Assembly (NCBI GenBank): GCA_000934665.2
Contig: KZ537978.1
Span: 62,001 to 126,000, forward strand
DNA length: 64,000 nucleotides
Source: Catajapyx aquilonaris
Lineage: Eukaryota
Direction: 5' to 3'
This document shows, piece after piece, positions 51,301 through 64,000 of the stretch. Every line of letters begins with the position of its first letter. Position 1 is the stretch's first letter. The translations under genes and the position numbers were made by a program. The notes beneath the pieces are model-generated. The model saw only the letters and a program-made list of their open reading frames with translations. It was not told where the DNA came from and did not search any database.

Positions 51301-54300
51301 TGGTCCGAGATCGATTTTGATTTCCGAGCTCGTTGAAAGCGTATCAGTAAAGGAACATGGCGACTGGTGCCAGCTGAGTGTGAAGTTGTAAAGCTGTCAC
51401 GTCCATGGCCAAAGCAAGGGGTTGGGTGCCAGGGTTTTGGGGGGGAGTAGAGGGGGAAAGGTGGGAGGGAGGACCGGGGGAATTCCCTTCCGTTTCATTG
51501 GACTCTGCCTGCTCAAGTGTGGAGGTGAAAAGTTTCCAAAAGGACAGAGATTCCTTTGAAGGGAGCCCAGACACAAGAGAGAAGGACCGATTTACGTGAT
51601 CAGGCTTCCCTTGCCCACCGAATACCGAGAAGGACCAAGTAGAAAAAGGAAAGAGGGGGGGAAAAAAGAACTAGTTTCATGAGATCAAATTGAAGAGACG
51701 ACATGACCCTCTTTCTTTCTTCTTTATTGGCCCTTCAGAGAGGACATTCCGACAACCCCTTTTTCCATTCCTTCTTTTTTTGTAAAAAAAAGTTCGAAGT
51801 GTTCCGGAATGTGGATATTGGGTTCATTTGGCCATAACGGGAGAAAGGGAAAAAAGTAGTAATGCACCCAAGGAGAAACGCAATAAATGTGGTTTCATGA
51901 TTGTTCAGAGGAAGAAATTGATTGTGAAAAGAAGTTTTTTGAATAGCCGTTCTCCTTTCCATGGACCTCTGTTCCAGAATTTTGCAATTCAGGTTTCACT
52001 GCATTATAATAAAGCGAACTACTGTGTCGGTGCAGTGCTCGTGCCACAACAAAACACAAATACCGCATGACAAACCGATAAAAATAATTATGATGACCCC
52101 TATTCACGGCCACCCTCTATTTGTTTTCCAGTCCACAAAACGCTCACTATTTTGAATTTATGGATTCAGTTTCAGCTATATTGACTGCAAAATTGAGTCG
52201 CTTAATCGCATTCTGGCAAACCCGACGAAGAGGGAGCTAAACTCAAACTTCAAATCGTGTGCACCGGTGTATGTACCCGTACCAAGTGTTTCACAGTCAT
52301 TTCCCACTTAATAATGTAAAAGCATTACACGTCGCATTTGGAATCCCATCGCCTTGTCTAGTCCGTTAGACTATAGGCCGGAAGAGTCAACACGAGCAGG
52401 CGGCAGCAGAGCACCAAGTAGAAGCCATCCAGATAAAATAGATTGCCCGAGATGGCCGTTAGGTCCACATTTACAGCGCACCCAATAAGATGGAAATGAG
52501 ATCTTAAAATTTGGAGCAAACACCGCCTCTTCCAATAAGGGCCAAAGGGCGCGGTCAAGCCAGGAAGGGGACCAAATGGGTCTTGGCCAGGATCACCTAT
52601 ACCACTGCCAGGAACATCCCCTGCTCATTTTACACCCCCCCCCCCTCTCCCCAAGTTTGGAACGCACAAAAAATTGTCTGTGCATTATTGTAGGCATGTC
52701 TGAGGCTCCAGCTTTGCGTATTTTATTACGTAGAGGGGAGACAAGTTATCCATTCCTTAGCTGGCCGTATGTTAGACGGTTTTCATCGGCACTGGTTTTT
52801 AGTGTCCTGGAGACCAGTCGTCGCTTCACAGTCATGGATCCCCTTCTGCATCGATCCCCCTCCCCTTCCTCCCTGTCTCCACAAAAAGAAAAAAAAAAAG
52901 AAGAAAAGGCCACGAGCAAAAGGGGAAAGAGAAGATTCCGGGGTTAGGGTGATCCCGGATCTTCCCTTACATGGGTTACCAGATACATTGTATCGAGGCC
53001 GGCTGTTGTGGATTCTCAGAGTAAGGCCAGGAATGTGATACTTAGGAAGGGGGATCGAATCCGTGGGGATAAGAATTGATTTTATTTTGCTTCGAGACTG
53101 CTCCCCCTCTCGTAAAAAAGACTACGGGCCAGCGCCAATTCTTAACCACAGAAGATCCAAGTGATGCTCGCATTAATAAAATATTCGGCTACAAAACTAC
53201 ATATTGTACTATAGGGAATATTATACAGTATAGTGGAGTCCCCCTGTTTTGGCTATGATAACAGCGGGCGTCCAATAATGTTGAAAGGTACAGTGCTTGT
53301 GGCCTCTCAATTATCTAAAATAACACTAGAAATAACATACAAGCTCGATACCATAAACCACGCGACTGCTCACATTACCCAATTACGTATTAAATTGCAA
53401 TTAATATTGTGCTCCAATCCTGAATCTGCCTACGTACAATCCGGATTAATAGTGCGCTTTTCATAATGAAAATGAATGATTACCACCTGTTTAACTCCAT
53501 CCCAAGTAAGAGTCCCATAAGAGCCAAGAAACTGCCGACAATTAAAGCGATAGTTTGCTACGACCCTGTCTGGTAGACTAGTGGTCCCCCACCTAGTAGA
53601 TCCAAAACCGCCCTTCCAACAACATGCACTACGTTTACCCAACCCTGCATGTTCGGTTGCCCGCTGTTCGTCTCAATATTAGTTTCAAACTCCGGCTACC
53701 CAACGACATGGCACGGGCCAAAAAAAAAAAAACCCGGACGGTGGGAGAGGGGGGGGGGGTGGCGGGCTTAAGGTCATCTCTGTCCCTTTGATGCGGCTCG
53801 GATGCCGTGGGCACTAGTCTCAAGCCAGGCTCACTCACTCACCCACCCACCCATCCCCTCCTTCCTCTCTTTCGTGAGTCCCTTGGTTTTGGGGGACCCT
53901 GTGTAGGCCTAGCCCGTGCGGGTATTGATCCGGGGATTCCGGGGGTCGTGCCCCGCCCCTACCCACTCACCCACTCACTCCCCGCAACCTCTCGTTTCCG
54001 AAAAGGACATGGACCTCCCTACCCCCACCCCCTACCCCCGACTACATCGCTCTCTCACTCTCACAGCTCGCGACCTGTCATGTGGAAGATAAGTCCGCGG
54101 TACTATTCAACGGAGAAAGACCCAAATGGTTTTCCTTTATATGGGCCAGAAGTAACGAGAGAGGTGGTCTGGGGCTGTTCCTGGCGGAACTACATGGCCA
54201 ACTATCCTGGAGATTGGGTGTGTTGACAATGGCCCAGTCAAAACCCAGCTTTTGTCACTTGCGGCGGTAGCTGACAAAGTGAGTGGAATAACTCCAACTA

Positions 54301-54610
54301 TGGAAACAGATTTCACCAATAACTGGGTATCCTGTGGAGCCAGACAAAATGCCGTTTTTAATGGAACATTCATGTAGTTGCAATATTGTAGATTGATGCA
54401 GAGGCAAAACACACGTTAATGAAAATTAGAGTGTTATGCCGATTTATCACACAGTAATCCAGGAAAATGCAGCAAGAGGCATTTGTGGACATATTTACGT
54501 GCCACGGTTTATAACTAGTCAAGCTGGAGTGCACACAGTAAATTCAATTAACCTATGGCGGGACGGTGCACCCCGCTTCCAAACATTTATCCAGCCATAA
54601 GCCAATTCAC

Positions 54611-54948
54611 CTTGCATCGTTTGTAGGTGAGACGCGTATTGTTAATCCTGCATCAAGACTCAAAACAGCTCGGCGGCCTAGAGTTGCGGTTGCGGTTGGG
54701 AATTGGGAAGCTGAAGCCTGATCCGTTCTGGAGAAGCCAAAGTGCCTCGTAAAGTTTAGTGTGAGGCAGGTGATGGTCGCGGATGCTTCGGGCAAACTCA
54801 TCCTCGTCCACCTCGCATATCCTGAAGTAGCCCACCCCCTAAGGCGGCGTCTTTTTTACCAGCAAGATGGCGGATGGCGTGCTGGGTGGCGTGGGTAGCA
54901 TGGCGTGGCGTCGGATGGAAGCGGTGCCAGCAGCATCATCAAATGCTG
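54611..54948 (-). other. Candidate upstream exon (5' UTR or first coding) of the membrane-protein gene
   Basis: Strong acceptor ccccctttcccttcatcccctccag| and donor aag|gtgaat. The frame from ATG 54801 (MSLPEA...NDAR) exits in phase 2, matching the 32837 exon. Confidence 0.45.
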
Positions 54949-55708
54949 CTGGAGGGGATGAAGGGAAAGGGGGATGCAGCAGCACGAGGAAATCCAGACG
55001 GCGACTTCATTTTGCCTCAGTTTTAATTAAGGTTGATGTGCTGATTTCATTTGCTTAATGCTACGCAGCTTGGGCTATACTGACGAACAGCGAGCTCTGC
55101 GCCGAGTTTTTAGCACTGATAATGACAAAGCAGGACTTGGGATGACACGGCATGTTTGTTGGAGAGGTGCAAAATACACCTAGTCTCAGCCAGCTTTTTA
55201 TCTCTGTCGTTTGCACTTGCAATTAGTGGATTTGAAGTCTCTGTTTGGCTGGGGGAGGAACCTCTGATTATGGGAAGATTAAACGGATATTGTCAGTATT
55301 TGTTTTGGGTTTCGGTGCGAGGAGCGGCTGGAAAAATAGTGCCAGGCGGACGTGGCATTGAGCTTGTCGGAAATAATCCGATGGCAAATTTGTTGAATGG
55401 TCTAAGTGGTTCCAAAGATATAAAAACATTGTGGACGGATAGAGATAACAATGTTGTAGTTTAACCTGACGTAACCTGCCGCGATACTGTGAAAGGAGGG
55501 ACTCTTAACAGTGCAAAAGCGCTGATCGTTGTATAGTAGCCGAATATGTTTTTCGAAACTTTATGTTTACACGTACTGTACATTTATGGAACCGGGCAAT
55601 GACAAGCCTATGTTATTGCGGTTTAATAGCTAGGCGGTTAAAAGGATAGGGTATGCTTGCGAATACTAGGTGCAACTGGGCATGTGAAAACTGCAATTAG
55701 GCATTATA

Positions 55709-56133
55709 CAGGGTGTATCTGAACTCAGTGCCCCGAAGTATATGACTGCCTTCCTAGCCACCAGAGGATCGATTTAAGTATAGGAGTCATTATGTTTGGC
55801 CGCCGCATTACGGAGATAATTGGCCGCAAACATGTAGTACAAAATATCCTGTCGGTCAGGCCACCCATCGAACCCTCCCCCAGTCAGAAGGCTCTGGAAG
55901 GTCTGGGGACCGGACTTTGTTGGTTTGTTGCCCACAGGTGGTAAGGCCTCTTTGGCTAGTTACACCAGAAAATTCTATTTAAAAGTCAGAAGGAGCGATT
56001 AGGCAAAAATCGCTAAAGAGTGTATCTCAGTAATGAGGCTGCCCAGACATAATGACTCCTATACTTAAATCGATCCTCTGGTGGCTAGGAAGGCAGTCAT
56101 ATACGTCGGGGCACTGAGTTCAGATACACCCTG
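55709..56133. mobile_element. Young Tc1/mariner-type MITE
   Basis: TA|CAGGGTGTATCTGAACTCAGTGCCCCGA...TCGGGGCACTGAGTTCAGATACACCCTG|TA; ~90 bp near-perfect TIRs. Confidence 0.93.
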
Positions 56134-59041
56134 TATACAATCACGGGGTTGAGTGAAAATAATGACTGGTAGATTTGAAATGAACTGCAGTACAGAAGGC
56201 GTTAAACTATTATGACAAAAATATGTACACACTGAAAATACAGTCAGTTTTTAAAAATAGCCTACTGTGTAACGCCTCAAAAGTGTTGACATAGTTCACT
56301 CCGATCATTTTCATCACAGACTGTTCTTGTCAAGTATTGCGTTCGTGGAAAAGGCACTTGCAGTTCGTGTGAAAATACTAAGTCGGAGATTATTAAAGGA
56401 CATTTTGTAAGGTATACCCATCTGGAGCAGTCGTGACGGTCAGCGTGATACACATCGTATAGTTGGTACCTCCTATACAGTCCTACTCAGTCGCTATCGA
56501 CCTTAACTTTCTTCCTACATTTGCAGATATTTCCTGTATACGCCATCAGCAACTACAACTGTACAGTATCTCTCACAGCCAACTGTTGCTCGCATTTGGC
56601 CGATCTTGCTACAACTCAAGTGGCGCATTGCATTGCATTGGTGAGAAAATGCAACAGTATTCGATTTCCCTGCGATATTTTGATATGTCTGATAGTGGCA
56701 TGAAGCTCACCGTGAACTGTTGAACACTCGCTCAGTTTACCCAGGAGAATATCTTCTATAGGCTACAAAACACTTTGAGAGACCCCGTAGCTTTTCCTGA
56801 AAGAACGTTACATTGTAACATGATCCTGACTTGACTCCCACTTCGGCATCCTCAACAAAATCTGAGCGGCCTTATTCAGGGTTCAGGAAGTTTTTAACAG
56901 GAAAACAATATCTACAGTACATTAGCATAAACAGTATATGACATATACTGTTTATATGTCGAGTTCAGTCCAGGTAGTGTCATGTGAAGCCTTTAGGCTA
57001 TATTTGTTAACTATAAAGTCTCCTTCATCGCTGACTCCCTCTTTAATAGAGAAATATGTTGCCGTTGTTATAAACTGTATGACACACTATATTCATACAC
57101 ATATACATACACATACACACTATATAATACAAGTATAAAGGCCTACTATCTAATGAGTTCTATGTTCTGCATTTGGAGTTGGCTGATATGATATATAAAA
57201 TATGAAATACATATATGACAGCTGCGAATCAAATGCGGCATGTCATATCAGCATGTTATTTTTGCTGGACAAAGGCAGAAATGAATGATCACCATTATAC
57301 CATCTGCAACTCCCATTGTAGAAAAAGGTAGAACGCCTAATTAACCCATTTCAATGCAGATGGTAAATAATGATCCCCCTGTATCTAGTGGCGTATACGA
57401 GCAATTCAATATTTTACATTTTCTGATTAACTGGAAATATTTTGTGCACTGTTTTGTGTTGTACTGTTTGTGGAGATAAAACTTTTCTACCATAAACATG
57501 CATGCAAAATGATATTTGACCACCACCATTATATAATACTCCCACCTACCCCTACTTTTTGGTGAACCGTCCCACCACGCCTATACACTAGTTGTGCAGT
57601 AGAACATCGGCCGTTTCATTAATAATAAATGAATTGACCGCTGACATAAAGCAGCTTGTGTCAGCGTATAAATTGCTTCTACCCGTAGCATGCTAATTTG
57701 TTTTCAACATCGCTCCCAAGAGCACGAAGCCACGTAACCCAAAAGGACCAAAACTGTTTACGATCAAATTACCCAGAAGATATCTTATTTGCACAGCCAG
57801 CGAGTTCAATGGACTTAAGCCTTGGGAAAAAAAGGCGAGCTTTGCTTTGAAATTCCATGCTACACCGCACCAAACCGCCGCCTATTTCGACAAGAATATA
57901 AAAGCAGCCTCTCATTTCATGACTGCGTTGACTTGAGGTTTACTCGCTTTACAAAAGGCACTTTGCACTCGGAGTACAGTAAGCGGAGCATTCTTCTCAA
58001 CGACGAAGCCATGCAGAAGGCATTTGCCTCAATAGAAGTGCGGGGTGTTTGTCAGAGCGACTGCGGTGTGGAATCGTTAAGACATTTCCACTGCATTACT
58101 GTGCGATGTATCGCGTGGCGGATATCGAATGTTGTTTCAGAAACGTGACGGGAGCCATCAAATATTCAAGTGCAATTTGCGCTGCTACATTCGCCCCGCC
58201 GAGTTGGGGAAGCGGCCGCCAAAGCATCGTGGAATCAGAGACAATCAAGCTTCGCTGTAGAAAATATTATTCCCATATACAGACCTCCCTGCTCAAGTCG
58301 TCTGCTTGACGCGCTTCATCCTATCGCGCATAATTAGCAAACTTTGAAATCTTGGGTCAAATCATAGACTCACTTATCACAAGGGGGGTGGGCTGCAGGA
58401 TTCAAAACGTTTTATCCTAGTTCTAGCTAGAAAGTGCTGTCGGATCAGTCACAATTGAAGGGGACATAAAAATAGCAATATTTATTTTATTACAGGTGAC
58501 AACGCGTCGAGGTGCATCGGTGGCAAAGGTATGATAAAATTCCGAACCGCTTCATTCGAGTGGGGTACAATAAGGGAAAGAGTGCACCTCAACCTGGGCA
58601 CTCAAGGACCGGCGGTTTTGCGGGAATCCAGCTCGACACTTGCGGGGCTGACAAAAAAAGAGGGGGGGGGGAGGGGAGGGAGTGCTCCTACTCGAGAGAA
58701 GGTATACGTGCAGCGTGTGCGAACAGGAATTCAGTACTGTAGCAGTCGACATGTGATGCAATTTGCATTAGTATCCGTGTGGCAAGTGAACCGTGTAACC
58801 CAGTCCTAAGCCAATTCCTAAGTCCTGATCCCAGATTCCGTGTCGCCAGTTTTCCGCGCACTGTAAGGTGTTCAAATTCTTATGTTACTCATTATTGTTT
58901 AAAATTCTGAGATAATTTATACATGGCGTGCATGCATTTGTTGCGATGACATAAGATGGTACATTTTTGTAATAAATTTAAAATCAAGTCAAATAAATGA
59001 CTAAACAAATGTGGCACTGAAAAAAACAGTCTCACGATATA

Positions 59042-59251
59042 CAGGGTGTTTCAACTTTTTATCCGAACAGTTATCCGAAATATTGCACTATAAGCTGCTA
59101 CATTGTAAGCAGTGACTTGCAACCGGTTTGTGGGAGGAATTGGGAATATTCCCTGCGAATCTTAGGTTGAAGAGGCATACACTGCTTACAAAGTAGCAGC
59201 TAAGTGCAATATTTCCGATAACTGTTCGGACAAAAAAGTTGAAACACCTGG
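59042..59251. mobile_element. Tc1/mariner-type MITE
   Basis: TA|CAGGGTGTTTCAACTTTTT...AAAAAGTTGAAACACCTGG|TA; arms ~75 bp. Confidence 0.88.
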
Positions 59252-62200
59252 TATGCCCTGCTTCGAATAAATAGACCACCTGCTAACTCCAATTTTCCAC
59301 CATTACACTCTGAAACTACTCTAATGGCCACATTTTTCATATCCATATACTCACACGTGTTTACTGTCATTTCTTATCACTCCTATCTACCCCCGACCCA
59401 GCGCATCGTGGGAATCCCCGCCGGTACTTTATGACTGGCAGCAGTTGTGAACTAATCGAGAATATTTGTTACCCCCACCCCCCTGCTACCACCTCCCCAA
59501 CACGAGTCCCTTCGGGGTGAAAATGTGAAGTGACGACGGGCACATTTCCCCCAAATATGACCCTGCGGGAGTAGCCCATAAACCTTCTAGAAGCTCTATA
59601 GGGGGACGAACTTATTTTTCTGGCAACTCCCCACCCCCATATACCTCCCGTCCGCCATCTTATTTCCCCAGTTGAAACCGAAATTCGGTGCAGGAAACAC
59701 CGCAGGCGTCCCGGAGACAGTTGGGTTGGCCGCAGGTAGACTCCGGTACAGCATGCCCCGGACTTTTGTGTCACTGAGGCACGTACCCTAGTGGCTGGGA
59801 CCTGTCGCAAAGTGCCACTCGGTTTTAGGGGGGGGGGGNGGGATCTCGACTTGGGTCGTAGCCAGTTGGATCCTACCCCGAGGGACGCGTCTCTTTACGC
59901 GACACACGGGTCGAAAGTATTTCAAATGGAAATCTTCCTGCGGGGCTTTCTTTCCAGCTCGTTTTGTTGAGAAAATTGAAAAAGAGTGTGGGGGTGACTA
60001 ATTTCGTACCGCAAATTCTTTAACTCCGCCCAGTTCCTGACAGGTGTCCTACTTTCTTATTCTTTTTTAATTAAGGGGGGAACAAACTTTTTTTTTCTGG
60101 CTCTCAGGAACATGTCCGACACATACAAGCGTCAGCTTTCAATTTTCAATAGACAAGATTTTCGACTCGAGACGCCAGATTATTGCCTGGCGAAACTTCA
60201 ATATTCTTACACCAGCCCGCTCGAGTTTAAGCCACAGAACTTGCCAAATTGGTTTATAAACTTTAAATTAGGTTCATACTTTTTCATCTTCACACGGGCT
60301 AAACTTTTGGACCAGATAAAAAAATATATAAAAAAAATTTAAACGCCTCATCCCCATTATGTAGGCATTTCGACAATGGTATAAAGCGCTATTGGTAAAG
60401 CCGCGCGGTCATTACACGCGTTCCACTGCTTTCCCTCGCACACTGTTTTCGTACTCGTTGGGCCTGGAAATACACACACTTGGTGCTACTTTAGTGTCTG
60501 TTGTTTAACGAACCACGCACTGTAACCGAATTTATGTGCCCTCATTTTGTATGCACTTTTGTCACATGAGTGGGAACCGTGTTCAGATGATCGGAAAGCC
60601 AGTAGCCATAATTCCATGTTTGTGTATACTCTGTAATGTTGGCTGTACGGGGCATAGTTTTCTTTTGCTCCTTTGGATCAAAACTCTGAAAAATTACTGA
60701 AAAAAAAAAATCTTCCTCTCTTTACCACCGAATGAAAAATGATGGCCATTTTTGTGAGGTGACTTGCTCCAGCAGTGGTGCACCTGGTGATATAGTGGCA
60801 AACCCGGTTCTCCCAAAGCTGTGCCAATTTTCACCTCTGTTTGAAACAAGAGTCGACATCCTCTGGTTTATTTTGGCGCGCCTTGCTTACGTATTTATAA
60901 AAGCACGCTGCAGGTGAGCAGACTCCAAGTTACATGGGATATATGCGTTTCTACTCACAAACACCTGTTTAATTATACAGCGTTCGTTTTACTTCATTGC
61001 CAAGTACTTTTGCAACTTGCTCATTTGTGAATTGGATTTTTTTTCGCACTGATTCGCTGGAAAGTTGGCGCAGTTTGTCGAATACCCGAGTGATATTAGC
61101 TCCCTTTTTATGCAGTGGTGGCTAATACGTCACGGAAATTAATGAATTTCACGCGTTTTTTTTACCAGCATTTTTGTTCAGTCGCCATAGGCATAACATG
61201 ACTAATTTTTTCCGTCCATGTTGTTGTTGACTCTACCATTCCTGCCTCCCCACAAAATAGACATTTCTAATTTTGGCCCTTCCCAGAACACGCGTTGAAA
61301 TGATCGTTGACGCCTCCCTGCCGAGTTGAACAAGCAACCTCGACGTGGGACAATCGCCCGCCAGCAATGATCATAACTGAAGTAGTGCAAATGTCATTCT
61401 CCCGCTTCCTAAAAGCCCAAGTGAAATGTCCTCACCTTTTTCCCCTCTTCTTTTGAGTCCTGAGTGCGATGAAATATTCCATCCACGTCGATATTGGCTT
61501 GGGTAGTTAGTCACATTAGCGAGGGAGGTAATAACTCATTGTCATCAGTCCTCATTAGGAGCCCCGAGTTTGGTGTCCACATTAATGCAGCCTAAGGGTG
61601 CAATATGCATCGGTAGAAAGGACCGGTCTGGATGAAAGAGCCATTAGTCTGCCTATGCATAGCAATTAATATGTTAAAAAATATATTACGAGAGGGGAAA
61701 TTGGGCGCTCGATTGGTGTGAAAGGGACCAAAGTGGTAGCAAATTATCCGGGAAGAGTGGGGGGAAAAAAGGTTGCCCCCCCCCCTTCCTGGATGAAACA
61801 TGGGAATCGTTTTTAAAGTAGGATTTTGCTCCGCCTGCGATATAGCCTTGCCTGCCACGTCCCAGCCTTGCAATACATCATTTTGGTGGGTCTGGCGATG
61901 TGCTTTTAATGGCCCCTTTAATTGAAAGTGACATTACCAGGACCTCAAAATCTGGGCCTCCAAAATTTGCTCCGAAAACGAGACTTAATTTGGGTCGCAT
62001 TTGCTGATTTATCTCGCCAGAGCCGATTACTGCTAAGTAATGGCTTGTTAAAGAGGACTGCACCGAGATGCATGATGGGCCGGATTATCGTTATGTCGAC
62101 CAAGTACACGCCTAAGTTGTGCATACCTGGTACGGATTCAAGTGCTACAGTTGAAATTTATTACGGTACTTGGTAACTACCCGCACGGACAAGGATTAGA

Positions 62201-62540
62201 TTATCAGCTTAAATAATAATTTAAGGAATTATTATGCATGACTCCCCTCATATGGCATTAAAGCAGGCCATGCTTGCCTGCACTGCGCTTACTCTATATG
62301 CAGACCCAGGCCTTTCTAAGCCAGAACTATGGCCACTGCACTATAACTAAAGACCGACCCTTTTGCTAAGAAGCTGGTGTCGTATATATGTAGGGGGTAG
62401 GGCAATGAAGTATGTTTCGTGCTTGGACGGAATATTACGAGTACCGTATATCTGCAGTACTTATATAATAAAGTTGCTTCCAGTTGACCCCTAGAATTCA
62501 GTTTAGAAGTTTCATCGGTTTTTTTTACGATTATTTTATA

Positions 62541-62950
62541 CCAGGGTGTATACGAATAAATCTGCCTGTATGACAAGGGTGGTAGGGGATGCATATGGAA
62601 GAAGAATGGCATGGGTCAGAAAGGCCGGCGACGATCCGTTTTGGAGATGTCGACCTTTGACATCGACGATGTGTATCCTGACAAGTGTGGATACCCTCGT
62701 GCATGTGTGCATTGTTGGTTGCCAGGGCCAGGCGCTCGCACTCCTAAACCGTTACTTAACCGCCCTGATTCCGGCAAACAGCAACGCAGGCATGTATGGG
62801 GGGTATAATAATGGGGGTATACCATAGTTGTCAGGATAGACATTGTCGACGTCAACGTCGCCGCCGGCCTTTCGGACCCATGCCATGCTTCTTCCACATG
62901 CATCCCCTACCACCCACATAATTTTGTCAGATTTATTCGCATACACCTTG
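62541..62950. mobile_element. Tc1/mariner-type MITE with long arms
   Basis: TA-flanked; ggtgtatacgaataaatctg / cagatttattcgcatacacc and ggtggtaggggatgcat / atgcatcccctaccacc; arms ~150 bp. Confidence 0.85.
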
Positions 62951-64000
62951 TATTTGATACTTATTTTGTATTTGAAGGACTTACTACTGCAACAACGGAC
63001 TAACCCACATTTTTGCAAAAACGGAGAGTGTTCAAGTATGGGAAAATACATTTAATTTCCACATTGCTGCAAAATCTGCCTCGTATTTTGATACACGTCC
63101 GAAGAGTTTATGCCAAGTTAAAGATCATGAACAAGGAATAATATCCCAAGGGAGTAATCACTTCGGTACTCTGGTGTACACCTGCGAGTGGTACTCCTTG
63201 GTACTCCTCAGGTTCCTCACTCTTTATTACTCCTTGGTACTCCTTGAATTTGGCACTCCAGTGTACACTTTTCAGTCGAGTGATTACCCCCTTGTAATAT
63301 CCATTTCCACCATTACCGATTACGGCTGTGTTGTTGCACACTTCATTTATATTATGCAATTGTTGCAGGCTCAACACAACAACAATAACCATACTTTAGG
63401 ATTTTGCTCTTATATGAACTCCATGTTGCCTCATCTGACGATGTCCCACACTCACGACACTCCTTCATGATGACACCACCTCTCTTACACGTGCCAGAAA
63501 AATGACACCAGTTCCCTTTTGCCAACACCAATTTATTTCCCCACCCCAAAATCAACTATTCATCACCGTCACTATCCCCATACCCCCCAAGAATATCGCA
63601 CAATTCCCAACCCCCAACACAAGAGCAGTAACCGCTTAAAGAAAACCGCCGCTACGTGAGTACACTAAAGAAATAAAAAGGAGCGCCTAGGAAATCCTGC
63701 ATCCGCACAACTCCGTGAGACTAGACAAGCGGAAGTTGCAAAGTCGCAATAACTTAGACAAGATTGGCAGGTAGACTTTGTTGGAAAGAAGGTGAAAAAA
63801 GGGGGGGTGGAAAGAAGAAGAAGGAGACAGAGCGAGAGCTTGCACCGCAGAGAGCGAGAGAATGGAAATCCCCGAGGTGTGATGGTATCCAACCCGCCGT
63901 TATAGAGTCTTGCGGCGGCGGCACGCTGGGCGTGTTAGCCTCCAGCTGAAAGTTTAGGGGGCAGGACTGTCACCGGCTGTCTGGATCCCTGGCAATAAGT

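Overview
Eukaryotic (invertebrate, probably arthropod) genomic DNA with two convergent spliced genes. (1) + strand, 68-16704: the last 19 coding exons (4275 nt, 1424 aa in window, 5' end upstream) of a CCDC88-family Girdin/Daple gene. It encodes a long ENxxL-rich coiled coil, a low-complexity tail and the C-terminus SIWYEYGCV. All splice junctions are GT-AG and phase-consistent. (2) - strand, 32837-19977: five phase-consistent exons of a single-pass membrane protein of about 525-530 aa that I cannot name. It has a short Pro/Cys/N-glycosylation-site N-terminal region, one TM helix and a Tyr- and His-rich tail; a candidate upstream exon lies at 54611-54948 across a 21.8 kb intron. The rest is intronic or intergenic, with many TA-flanked Tc1/mariner-type MITEs, tRNA-derived SINEs, a 1.7 kb palindromic Ginger2-derived element with a nested MITE, minisatellites and one assembly gap. 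Most short ORFs in the track are spurious. The best leads are the unnamed membrane protein, two elements built from inverted transposon 3' ends, a strand-specific G.U-rich hairpin in the Girdin 3' UTR and an inverted SINE pair around two exons. I see no prokaryotic-type system (CRISPR, operons).
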